A stretch of 64,000 nucleotides of DNA from Glycera tridactyla (taxonomy: Eukaryota): the NCBI GenBank assembly GCA_965644265.1, contig OZ286472.1:52514001-52578000 (forward strand). The letters run 5' to 3'. The translations under genes and the position numbers were made by a program. The notes beneath the pieces were generated by a model. The model searched no databases and had not been told where the DNA came from. It worked only from the letters and a program-made list of their open reading frames with translations. Within the stretch, counting starts at the first letter, position 1. Each line of letters begins with the position of its first letter. Positions 49,226 through 61,759 of this stretch are shown here, in pieces.

Positions 49226-51050
49226 CATGGAGTCAAAGGTCAAAATATGGCTCAATCAGTATGTGAATTTGGCTGAATTGGACTTCCCTGAAAAGATAAT
49301 GCCGAATAATTACATAGTTAACGGGAGGGCCGGAAGATTGTTCCGGAGAAGTGGAAACGATTTATTAAAAGCATTCAAGAATGGGATAAGGCTTTTTCAA
49401 CCTTCTTGATGATTCATACCATGCATCTCTTCAAGCATTTACAGCTGGTAAAAGCAGAAACCATACACTCATGATACCGAGATAAAAGAGATCGCTGCTA
49501 GGGGGGGCGATTATCGCTACTATGATGAGCAGTTCAGATTGGAGAAGTCGTTCGTGGAACATTTCGGCTCATTCAGAAATGTCTCCAAACAGACCATCCC
49601 GGTCTACTACTTCATACGACTCTAACTCATATCCAAACTCAAATGAGAAAAACTCACAGAGCGTGCCGTGCCCCCTGGTTTCTATTTCACCTTTCCTTCT
49701 ACAGGTGAGAGATGCCAAGTAACAAGATGCATTTACAAACATTTGTGTCCTTCTTGTAACAATAGACACCCTATCCTCTTGTGTTCCAAAAATTCTGGAC
49801 CATTTAACAAAGAATCCCAGGCTGCTAAGGGTGTTCACGCCAGTATAGCCGGCGAAACTCTCCAGCTTCTCGGACTAAGAATTCTCAAACAGTTGACCAA
49901 TTCCCACAGGCAAAATCGAAACTCATTCAAGATAAGAGTCAAATTGGGTAGGATGATCAGGCCGCTTGATGAAACACCTTTTCCTAATATTCCATCCTCG
50001 CCTATTGCTGTTATTCCAAAGAAAGAGCAGTATTTCGAATGATTCATAACATGTCTGCCCCCTACAATGACAATTGTATCAACTGGCATATCCCGGATGG
50101 TGAGGCAACAGTAACATATGTGACGGCGCAAAAAGTTTTAGATTTTGTAATGGAAATTGAACCGGATGCGTATTTAGCAAAGGCATATTCGAGCGTCCTT
50201 GCACTGCATTGGACTAGATTTGTGTGAGCAAATTGCAAATTCCTAGAGTTGCTTATATGATCGACGATTTTTGCCTTCTTGCCATGTCGAAAGAACAATG
50301 TGATATGCATTTGTCTGCTTTTCAATATATGTGCAATGATGTTGGTGTTCCCATGCAGGAGCTATCGTCTGAAATTGATGCTAAACGTATGTTATCCCGT
50401 TTGCCAAAGGACAAGTTGCAAAAACACCTTGGTCATATAGTCAACCCTAAAAGGGAGAAAATGCAGTTTTATCGGATTTGAGATCTATGATAGGATGACT
50501 GATCTGGGCGGCATCTCTGATTCTAGTAGACAGGTCTTCTTTGAGAGGATCGATTGATACCTCAAAAGGCCTATCCAATCCAGCCCAGTACATAGTTTAC
50601 AGAACTTCTAAAAAGGCATCTGTTGTCGTCTCATTTCTGAAGCACTGCAATGGTGTAGCATTTTTGAAGCAGCGTCAATTGTGAAACTGACCCAATTCAC
50701 GTATACACTGATGCAAGCAAGAAAGGTGCCACCATTGTTTATGGCCATTCTGGGTCAATTTTATCATCGAGGTGACTTGTGCAACAGAAACATAGCACTG
50801 TTGGAATTCTATCCGGTTTCATGTAGCTATGATGTTGTGCAGATCTGCATTCAGAAACAAATTGGCCTTATTTCACATTGATAACGTGGCTCTTGTTGAG
50901 ACCATTGATGCTAGATCTTGCCGAGATATAATTTTGATGAAAATCGGTCTAACTGTATTGTTTAACAACATACGTCTTTGAGCCATTCATATTCCATAGA
51001 TGCCTTATCATGATTTTCTGTTCCGCAGGAGCAATTGACATGTTGGGTTA
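49226..51050 (+). mobile_element. Ngaro fragment (gag C-half, RT, RNase H)
   Basis: KIWLNQYVNLAEL, CIYKHLCPSCNNRH, MIHNMSAP, YMIDDF, YTDAS, NIALLEFYP; acceptor ccgcag|G at 51028. Confidence 0.8.
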
Positions 51051-51089
51051 TGGCAGTTTGGCCGATAATACTGCCGATAGACCTAGTCC

Positions 51090-51445
51090 CACACAATTGC
51101 AGGTGGTTATGAGGTGGCTACCATAGCAGGGCCTGGGACACTCGTTCATATGACAACAAGAGGACGTGTTACTAGAGCGTATGATAAAAACCGGCCTGTG
51201 GAAACATCCCGCGAGGTCAGTTGAACGCAGATTTGCTCGACTTGGATCAACTTCAGACATCACGTTTACATCAATGACTACGACAACAGCGAGGATATAG
51301 CCGATGAAATATTTGCCCTCACCGTGCTCAAATCGGATTAACTAGTCATGAATCTTGCCAGTATCGACCTCACAGGGCATTGAATCTGAATCTCGCAAAA
51401 GACTACTATGATCTTGCATTTGAATAAGGAAAGCTTGCAAAGTGA
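51090..51445 (+). pseudogene. Ngaro SGNH fragment of the H subfamily
   Basis: GHSF..QQEDVLLER, GNIPRGQLNADLLDLD, EDIADEI, AKDYYDLA, RKACKVK. Confidence 0.7.
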
Positions 51446-54400
51446 AATTTCCATTGTATTTGAGGAAAAAGGAAGTGGTTCCGGATAGAAGTAGACTGTG
51501 GTTCCATCTGCGCTTAGGTCTATTGTACAGACAGGTCTGTCTTGGGTTTTTCGGGAGAAGCCTATTCTTTCTCCAAAGTGGCTTCCATTTTCCCTCCCCA
51601 GAAGAGGCAACTCAGAGAGTGAAGCTCTTCTGAAAGAGAACTTGTCCATGCAGGCAGGGTATTACAGCGGGATATTTCTGGTGACAATGGCAACAGGTGG
51701 CTACCGGCTGATCAACTTGAAATCTTTGAATCAACATATTCACAATCAGAGGTTCAAGAAGGAAATGTAAAGGACGATAGTAATAGCAGTATTTTCAGGC
51801 AATAGGACAGCTACTTTCATATACCCTTCACTCCGGAGTTGCAGAAGTTCCTGAGGTTTGCCGACAGAAGCTTTCCAAATCTTTGCCATTTGGTCCTTGT
51901 ACAGACTTGGCATCTTCACAATGTTAGTGCGCCATATCTGCATGCCAAGGGTATGAAGTTTCCTTTCTACCTGGATGACTGGCTACTCAGACACCAGGAC
52001 CAGCACATTCTAGTAATCCAGTTATAATATACCCTTCAGTTTGTCCGTCAACTTGGTTGGGTGGTGAATGACAGGAAGTTGGACTTTGTTCCCAGTCAAG
52101 AATTTGTTTATCCGGGGATCGAGTTCAATACACAGTTATCCATGGTTTGTCCCACTCTTTCCAGAATAGGATGGATGGAGGGATGGATTCGTTCACTCAA
52201 GGTTTCTTGAGCAGCCAGTTCGTTCATATCACAAGATTCTGGGATACATGTTCAGCCTGTCAGATGCCGTATATATGGGCCATTTGCATATAAGGCCAAT
52301 TCAAATGGTCAGTTGCATCTGTTTGCAGATGAGATTTTAGTCTGACTACCTCTAGAGGTACAGGGAGACTTATTATGGTGGGCCTCCAGGGAGAACACCA
52401 TGAAGGCACCAGAACCAACAGTGAATTTGTTGACAGACACGCTGTTGGACGGGAGCCCACTTGGTAGTAAGAGATCATCGTTACCGGGTGTCGGGAGTTT
52501 GGTCTCAGGATCACCTGCAGCATTCCATTAGTGTCTTGGAATTCGAAGAAGTTCTCGCTCTGGAGGGATTTTTCAGTCCATCTCAGGAGAGAAGTGATTC
52601 TATTGCTCTCGGAAAATGTGACTGATCTCGTAGATACAAAATCAGGGAGGCACTAATTTAAAGCATTTTATGCGGTCTGATATGGAGAATATTCTCCCTA
52701 GCAGAGTCTGGGCGTGTTGTTACAGGTACGGCATATTCCAGGCAAATGAAACGTTCTGGCAGACTCATCTCGCCATGCACCAGTTAAGATGGAATGGGAA
52801 CTACTACAATCAGTTTTCCAGGAAGTAGTCAACCAGTTCAACCTGTCACCAATAGAAGACCTCATGGCCATCCCCCACAACTCCAAGCTGCCAGTGTTTG
52901 TAAGTCCATTCCTGGATCCAGCAGTGTTAGATGTGGATGCCCTGTCCATGTCTTGGGATAATCTGGGGATGGCGTACATGATTCCACTGACAGCATTAGT
53001 GAGGGACGTGGTCAATAAGTTAAGAGGCTTAAACATGGTTCTGATCTGCATAGCCCCCTGGTGGCTGAACCAGTCTTGATTTCCGGGCCTCCTGGAATTG
53101 TCAAGCGATCTTCGAATACAACTACCTCTCCCCCAGGACCTGTTAACGATCAGAGGGAAGGCAGTCAACCTTTGGTGCTTGCTCTTCAAGACTGGTGTCT
53201 GTGCAGACAGCGCTTAGTCAAAAAGGTTTCTCAGCAAAGGCGGTTGAGTGGATCGCTGGATCCACTAAATGCTCAACGTTTAAGGCCTATAATACAAGAT
53301 GGGCAAGTTGGGAGTCTTGATGCTCTGTCCACAACGTGGATAAGGAGCATCCCCCTCTTGCTCCAGTGAGTGACTTTTTTTATTAATTTAGTTTCATGAT
53401 TGGCCTTGGAATGTTCGTTTTATTTGTTTGTTTGTTTGGTTATATGGGACTGAAAACTGAAAATGCTGGAGAAAAGAGGCACTGCTGCCAGGGCCGTTCC
53501 TACTCCTTGCGAAATGCAGCAGTGGATCTTTTACATGCATACAGGAAAAGACTCGTATATACACAGCCGGGCTTTGATATCCCAGTCGGCGTGCACTGGG
53601 TTTGGCCTTGGAAACCATGAAGGGGTACCGTTTAGCCATAGGCTCTGTTCTATCTTGAGTAGGGATTAAAATCATAGCTTCTGAGGAAATTGGAGACCTC
53701 TTCAAGAATTTTGCTTTGGAGAGGCCTGTCAACCCGAAGATTATTCCTCAAAATAATCTCCCTCTGGTTTTGAAATACTTTAAAGAAGACTGAATTTATT
53801 TGTCGCTCTTGCTACTGGTTGTAGCAGAAGTAAATTGCATGCTTTGTTGGGTTTGTCGAGGTGTCTAGTTTGTGAGCCGGGATTTTTGGCGAAAAACCTG
53901 GTTCCAGATCACCCATTATTGATATTCCTTCATTGTCCAGTGTTCCTGATATACAGGAGGAAGATTCATGTTTATGTCATGTGAAAGCTCTTGTTGTTTC
54001 TCAGTCGTTCTGTTCATGTCAGAGGTAAGAGAAGAAAGCTCTTCTTTGATCCTTCATCAAATTCCGAGAAGAAAGTGAAAGCTAGTTTATTGTCAAAATG
54101 GATTATGGACATAGTGAAAGGGGCGTATTTGCAGGCAGATAGATCATCAAAATTTGGGGACCATGTATCTGCCCATGATTGCAAGCATTATTGACCTCTT
54201 GACATGTTTCATGAGAGCTTGCTCTGTAGAGGAACTTATGCGCTCATCCTTTTTATGCTCTAGTCACACCTTCAGTCCTTATTATTTGAGGGACATGTGT
54301 GGGCAGGCAATGGAACTCTACTCCTTTGGTCCTATCGTTGCCGAACAGGCAGTGGCGTTTCCAGCTGTCCAAAATGACTGATTGTATTCTTTCTCACCCA

Positions 54401-54530
54401 ACATCTGTGGTATATGTGTATGCATAATTTGATGGAGAAACCAGGTCTTATTGACCCCCCCCCCTCCCAGGTTTGTTTGCTAACCTGGGAGTTAACACTT
54501 ACCTGTTTCTCCATCAAATGGTATGTTCCT
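51446..54530 (+). mobile_element. Degraded DIRS1-like YR retrotransposon (RT, RNase H, methyltransferase-like domain, YR)
   Basis: YYSGIFLV..GGYR.INLKSLN; FYLDDWLL; DLMA...NSKLPVF...DALSMSW...APWW.NQ (MT-like); LSKWIMDIVKGAY (YR). Confidence 0.82.
53405..53660 (-). mobile_element. I/Nimb 3' UTR-only insertion
   Basis: Diverged copy of the 3' UTR at 23760-23960 (ctgaaaatgctg, gcagtggatcttt). Confidence 0.7.
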
Positions 54531-54745
54531 TCCAATCCTCCACTAGGTTTTGTGTGTATAGTTGTATATAATTGTTGTTAATTACGACTTACCCATGCGT
54601 AAAGTTGGTGACAGTTTTGGTTCCGTCGATCACCAGGGGATGTTCGAACGTAGGTGATTTAATGAGAATAAATGCATAATTCGATGGAGAAACAGGTGAG
54701 TGTTAACTGCCAGTTCAGCAAGCATACCGGGGTGAGGGGCGGAAT
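54420..54745. repeat. DIRS-type terminal inverted/complementary repeats
   Basis: gttaacacttacctgtttctccatcaaat (~54491) is the near-perfect reverse complement of attcgatggagaaacaggtgagtgttaac (~54678); atgcataattYgatggagaaac occurs at 54420 and ~54671. Confidence 0.65.
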
Positions 54746-55268
54746 CATTCAAAATCAGACAGAGGAAGATCGATTTTTAAATGTCGGTTTGTAGATCTCC
54801 AGTCAGTCAGAAGTCGTGTCTATCCATTCTCGTCAGGTAGTTCGTCTGTCTGAGTCGGGTATGTCTGTCACTACTATGGCTGTCCGGTCAGAATCGGTAT
54901 CTGGTGCTTCTATGGCACAGTCACTGGACAGATCGGCAGTGGAGTCTGTCCAGTCATCAGACAGTTCTTCCCATAAACCAGAGAAGAGTTCTGAGAACAC
55001 TCCTTCCGTATGTTCTAATAAATTGGCATCTCGTGCTGCGAGATCAAATTCGCAGGGCTTTAAGATTCCAAAGATATCCAGGGAGTTTAATGAGGTGACT
55101 CATATGTCAGGTTGTATGAGAATTGTTCCTGATTATATTGGTGATGGGATAGTGAAGAAGATACTCACCTAAAGATATATCCATGTGTGGTCCTAAGCCT
55201 GTAGAACCTCCTGTAGTTGAACCTGCAGTAATAGTTCGAGCAGATGTTCATCATTGAAACCAGGTCAG

Positions 55269-55358
55269 GAACATTTTCAGATTATTGAACATTTTCAGAT
55301 TATTGAACATTTTCAGATTATTGAGCATTTTCAGATTATTGAACATTTTCAGATTATT
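55269..55358. repeat. 18-bp minisatellite x5 (gaacattttcagattatt)
   Basis: Direct reading. Confidence 0.9.
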
Positions 55359-55374
55359 GCTGCTCCTGGTCTAT

Positions 55375-55560
55375 CTGTTGATTGATTGATTGTTTGAGGT
55401 TTAACGGCATGTATCAACCCACAGGATTATTTATGCCATGTGTTCCTGCTTAATGAAAGCTAGATGTTCTCTCCCCTGCAGACATCACTCTCACAAACCC
55501 TGAACACAAGATGATGGGGAACCTGAGAGGTTGTCAGGTGGAAGTAGCTGACAGTTCAAA
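55375..55560 (-). mobile_element. Short retroposon 3' end (Nimb-type tail), second copy at ~58640-58815
   Basis: aacggcatgtatca...tatgccatgtgtt...atcactctcacaaacc...aagatgatggggaacctg is shared by both copies. Confidence 0.6.
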
Positions 55561-56669
55561 CACACCTCTACCTAATATAAACATATACAAATAAACCTAG
55601 GATGGCATATCTAACTATATAGCTGGCTGGAAGCTAACACCCAAGCCTGATAGCAATGCATTTTTTTTCGCAAAGCGCAGCACTTGACACATAGAAAAGC
55701 ATTAGGTTAGGAGAATACTCGACCAAGTGTTCAATTTCAAACTGCCAACTTCAAACCAGCTTTACAATATTTTTTGCCCTATACTCGCAGTACGATGCCA
55801 TCACACATCCTAGCAACCTAGTCGTCAGCCCTAGTAACCCAGAACTGGTGTGCTTGGTACCCGCTTTTTGCATAGTGACAATATCTGCAACAGGCAAACC
55901 GTTAGCTACCTACACCGGAGACCATTTCGCTGAAGAAATAAGAAGGAGCATAGAGTGATAGAAAAGAGGTGAAGGGAAAGAAACCATGGTGATAGTATAA
56001 TTTTGGTAGAAATTGCCTAAAGACAGATGACAGAAAATTTGAAGGTATGTTTTCATTCAACCCCCACACCGAAAGACTATTGAGAAAAAGAGAAGGGATG
56101 ATGCTACATCTAGGCCACATCATCCCCGATGGCAACACTTCAAAGAAAATGACCCGCGCCCATCGGTGGCTGCCTTCTATAGAAACCCTGGACTCCCACC
56201 CTACCCACTCCTGGTCTATCTATTGAGGAGGCTAAGCAATAAGCAGTAAATGTTACTCATGGTGATCTTGATATTTCTGAAGCTAGAATTGTATTCCCAG
56301 AGTCAGAAAGTCAGGTTTCTCCTCCTGAGGAAATGGTGAGGCCTGGTGTATCTTTGTTAAGAGATGTTCACTTCTAAACAAGAAGATCCAAGGAAGAAGG
56401 TTGTCTCCGAGGAAGTGCAGGCTTTTATTTCCAAGGATATATCACCTCACACTGATTTCGGGCGTGATTCTATCCAAGCAACGGTTAAGTTCAGAGTTAC
56501 TCTGAATGTTTCAAATTAATCTACCCCTCCTGTCCCGAATCCTTATCCACTTCTGATCCTATTTGTAGTAAATATATTGATTTTCTGATTGACTCAACTT
56601 TTCCAATTTCACAACTTGTGCTAAATGTCCAAAAGATTATGAATAGGGCATTGCAGGTCAGAGATTTTT

Positions 56670-59590
56670 TTTGTTTTATTGGGGGTTTAACGTCACGTCA
56701 GCTCCATCTGGGCTATATTGTGACGCCCATGCAATAGGCATGGGTGAGATCATTCAAGACTCCTCCTTCTGGATCCCCAACAGAAGGCGAAAATTTATGA
56801 AATTCACAGACACTCAAGGTGTCATTTCTGTTATTAAAGATGTTGACCGTGGTGTTACCATGTGAACATGAGATTCATTCACATAGATTCCACTAGGTCA
56901 GTTATTTTAGGCCATTGTGTTACGCAGCGAACATGGGATCAGTTCAGAGAGGAGGAACACAAAATAATGATGTGCCTTCAGATGACTTCCAGATTGGTAT
57001 AGGAGGTAAAGCTGAAGCTTTGTTGAGAACTCAAAAGTTCCTTCCCAAGAATTTATGGGTGCAATTCGAGGGTATACTTGTTGAGGCAGGATGGGGATAA
57101 TCCTGAATTTGATCACTTCTCAATTGGTCTATCCTCAGACCTTCCTAATGGGTATGGCTACATAGTCTCATCGAATTCGGATGAGTATTGTTGCCGCAAT
57201 AGTGCTCACAAGACTTGTCATAACTCATCATAACTGTACTTATTGTACATATGAATAACCTACTTTTTTCCATAAGTACTTGATAAGAATTCTTGGGTAA
57301 CATCATTTTGATTTCATGCAAACATTTTCTTCATCTAAATAGTTATTAAAACGAACACTCAACTCCTTCTGGGTCCTGAAATTCACGGGCATCCAAGGTG
57401 TCCTCTCTTTGTATCTGGAATAGTTACGGCAGTGACATCCTTTGAACATGGGGACTCGATCACGTGGCCTTCATCAGGTTTTTTCGCCACCATCCGATGA
57501 GGTAGATTGGATCGGGGCGACTGGGACCAAAACAAGTAGTGGGGTATCATAAGGCAGAAGCAGTACTAAGGGAGTTGAAAAGAGTCAATACAGGTATTAA
57601 ATTGATTGGTTAGTTGGTTGGCTGGCTGATTTCCAACGTCTTCTTACCTCCACCTGGGCATTATTTCCCTCGTGCTTCTCTATCTAAAGATGGAAGAATA
57701 TGAAAATCACAGACACTAAAAGTGTCATTTCAGATATTATAAAGACCCTGAAGAATATGTGTGTATATATTCGACAGACTGCAAATCAGATTTCAGAATA
57801 GGACGTTTCGATTGACCAATATCTTCTAACAACACATCGAATATGTGTGTATATATTCGACAGACTTCAAATCAGATTTCAGAATAGGACGTTTCGATTG
57901 ACCAATATCTTCTAACAACACATCGAATATGAGAAGGACGGTTCACATGATGAGTCATGTGATCTAGAGAAGAATGGAATATTTCAAGTAACACTGTGAG
58001 GATGTAGGTATAATTTCCTGCCCTCTCCAAAAAGGAGAACGACGCCTTTACCTACGATGTCCCTCACGGGAATTGACATTGAGGTTTACGGTCCTACCTG
58101 CATTATGTGAAGAAAAATTGTATTATGCCCAGTACAATCGTCAGATTTCAGAAGCACCCTGCCCTTTTTTCTGGATATGCGACTAATGATGGGCAACAAG
58201 GCGGGTAGGACGATTTTTTAATACCGCGTGAGGAAAAAACACGCAGGCTTCTTCAGGCGCCATTATGACGAACATGGTCGGGATCTTTCACGAGTTATCC
58301 ATTTGGCTCCCCGGTATAAGTTGAACTGATATGAGAATCACAGACACTCAAAGTATCATTTCAGCATATTGGTTCGGGATGGCGTGAGAGTGACATCTTG
58401 CGCGACGTGGGATCAATGGTTAGGCACATTACAGATAGAGGGCAGAAATAATGCGGTCCTAATTTTCCAAGGATAGGTGGCGCTAATCGGCATGGGTTGT
58501 GAATGCCACGTACGAGCGAGTAGCAGTACAGCAGTGTCCTGTATGTCGTTTTGCACCCAATTGTGCTCAAATTTGTTTGAGATGGGCTCATCAAACCTGC
58601 CAACCTTTACTCGACGGCAGCTGTATTTTCTTCAATTGTATTGATTTGTTTGATGTTCAACGGCATGTATCATCCAAAAGGATTATGTATGCCATGTGTT
58701 TCTGGTCAATGAAAGCTGAATGTTCTCAACCCCTGCATACATCACTCTCACAAACCTTGAAAACAAGATGATGGGGAACCTGGAAGGCTGTCAAGTTGAA
58801 GTAGCCGAAACTTCAGACCATACATGCTGAGGCAAATAATATTTTGTATCCATTTCTTCACTAAGCTCTTGGAGATACCAAATACCATATCTTCCAAAGA
58901 GGAGTACGATAAAAAACAATGACTCATGTTAAATTGGGAGATATGCATTGAAAGGCATACATTCACAGCATACGAGAAGAGAACATGTACATATCTCTGA
59001 TTGAATACTGACACTTCGAGGTACGCAAGACGAGTACGGAAGGCTTATCTGGATCAATAGCGGAATGAGAAATGATATGAAAGTCACAGACACTCGGTGA
59101 CATTTCAGACAGAAGAGATCCCGCTATAGTCTTATAGGTGAGTTTGGGAATGAAAAGATGGCGTGTTCTCAGCTTCCCTCACAAAAATGGATTGTCTGCA
59201 TCTACAAATCGATAGATCTTTGCCCAAGGAACACACAATGTGAGAAAGACAATATAGAAAGCAGGGGGAGGAAAGGTTGGCTGATTGAGTACGTTTGATC
59301 TGCATACAATATAACCGATATGTTGAGGTATTAGAATCCACAATTTCGATGTTTTATTGATATTCGCGAATCAGACAGGACTGACTTGTAACAGGCACAT
59401 AGTTTGAATAGATTACGAATACATGTTTCGACAGAAAGATGGTTGATTGCTGTTTTGATGTCTCCTCGGATACAGTCATATTGAGACCATCTTGGCTGTG
59501 TTACTTATTGGATGAGTCCCGAAGGATCGCCGTCGAGATGGGAGATATGAAAATCACAGACATTGAATGTGTCATATCAGCCCTGAATGT
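56670..59590 (-). repeat. Cluster of five copies of a ~37-bp structured motif separated by unrelated sequence
   Basis: gATATGAAAATCACAGACAC-n-GTGTCATTTCAG at ~56795, 57697, 58328, 59074, 59544. Confidence 0.8.
57753..57931. repeat. 86-bp tandem duplication
   Basis: gaatatgtgtgtatatattcgacagact...aacacatc at 57753 and 57839. Confidence 0.9.
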
Positions 59591-61759
59591 ACGACTTATT
59601 CGGTAGGAGCGGAAGGTAGTATTCTGGATGGGACGGGAAAGGGGTTTCCGTGAAATGTTGAAAGAAAGTAGGAAATTTTTAAAGTCCTGAGGTCGTTACC
59701 AGACCGGTTCTCAAGGAATTGAAGTCAGAAACAGCAGAGTTATCTCCTATCCATGCGCCATTGCGCCATGAGGGTATGCTCATGACCAACAACTTAATGA
59801 CTTGTAATAACAATCCACTGACAAGCCTTTTGTAATATCTCGCGGGTTGTTGATGCAGTCGACGAATAACTACGGGTCTTTCATTTACAAGAGCTCCTAA
59901 ATTGACTAGTGAAAGCAGCATATTGATGTCGTGGAAACTGTTCTTTTCATACAACGTAGAATGAAGCGTCGTGCAGCCCATCAAATAGGAGTGAATAGCA
60001 TTGTCAACCTGTTCAATGACTCCGCTACGACACATGTATTTTAAGTTGTCAGTCGGAATGTCAGTCAGTTCAGACCACACCTTTCCTTGCGTGCAGTTGC
60101 TCGAGGGAGCTCATGTGACACACACGAACATTTGGCTGGAGAGAAGTAGACTCGATGAAGTTATGTTCTGGACAATGCACATCAACTGGAACATAGAATT
60201 GGATCAGTATCGGGGTATATTCATTCAAAGTATTCAATGATGTACTGTCAACCCCAAATCACCTGAAGGAGGCACTTCGGTGTGGAGGTAATCGAGTGGA
60301 ACCTCTGCACTCCACTGGGTGTCAATGGGTACTTGGCACATAGGCAGTGATGGTGAATATAGAGTGCTTAGCCCATGCAATTAATTTTGTCTGTGCTTGT
60401 ATACACCCCAGGGAGATGAGAAAGGCTCAAGCTTGAATAGGCCGGCCTGCCAAAGGAATAAAATTGTAAAGTCAGGTGAGCTCGACGAGGATACCAGACA
60501 CTAAACCACTACATCTACATTTTGACATTTGAACAATGACTATTTCCTTCCCTGTATCATTGATGCAAGAATTGCCTCATCAATATGATAAGCATACTCT
60601 ATCATCACTGTGTCAAACCCTTCAAGCCTGATCAGAAGCATGCCTGAAGCGCAATTTTGAACAAATCAGAATGAATTTGACAACAAATCCAATTTCGGAC
60701 AAAAATCCAGGCGATGTGTGCTCAAATGCGCCCTAACTGCAAAATTACACATTTTGAGTTCACACCTGAGACACCAGCTTCCTCAGATGTCCGTCAAATC
60801 CAGATGTGACATACGCTCAGGTCACCATTTCTCATTCGATTACAGGTCATCCAGCATCCCGAGTACTTCCAGACCCGCGTCCATATGGCTTGCTTGCTTG
60901 AAGACTATTCACTCTCACTCCGACACATTCATCCGGCTAATCCCGCGACAGTATAGGCTAGTCTCCTTGCGTGAAAACATATGCAATGTAACCATCAATC
61001 ATAACAAACTCCCTCAAAATCAGCCCTGCATTCGATCATTCAATAGTACATTTTTTTGTCTGGATGACCACTTACTGCTGCCAAGCATTCTGAGTTTTCA
61101 AATAAGTGGTCACCGCATTTAACCCATGACTCTAGAACAAAACAAGTGTACAATCCTCCACACTGTGTCCAGATCTTGCCTAGCATATTCATCTCGACCG
61201 GATTGGGCATTCAGGTGAACGCCGGCTCCACTTTAGTTCTGAGTTCTGATCGGTCAGTTGGGTTGGCGGGGTGAAATGTGAACCCAAGTCATATGAGTCA
61301 AATCTAGCGAATACTAATGAGATGACGGCATGATCAGCTTCTATATTACAGATACAGGTACGGAATTTTCACTGCATAAGTTATGACACAAAATGTTCAC
61401 ACTTGACCTAGTCGGTCATATCACATACTCACGTAAACAATGCGAATAGGTACATAAACGAATAGCAGCAACTGCAATTCAAATTAGAAGACTGACCCAC
61501 AAACACAGCAGTACATTTATTTGCATGGATAAATTTCAGAAGCACTGTTCTAGTGTGCTACTAAACACACTGAGCCCCCCCCCCCCCCCCCCCCGTGGTC
61601 CACATATACCAATAGGCCACTGTGGCCTTGATATCCTGGAGAGAGCAGCATGTATAAGAATTTCAATTTCAATTTGATGCCCATGTACACCTACCCTTCA
61701 TGGGTAGTCCATATGTACAATTTGGCGACTGTAGTTCCAATACCTGAGCCACAAAAAAA

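Noticed and set aside
57747-57780. Hammerhead-like CTGAAGA-stem-CGACA
   Set aside because: GAAA is replaced by GACA, stem II register is wrong, and no stems I/III were found.
56790-59590. CRISPR array
   Set aside because: Spacers are 430-870 bp and irregular, no cas genes are present, and the context is eukaryotic.
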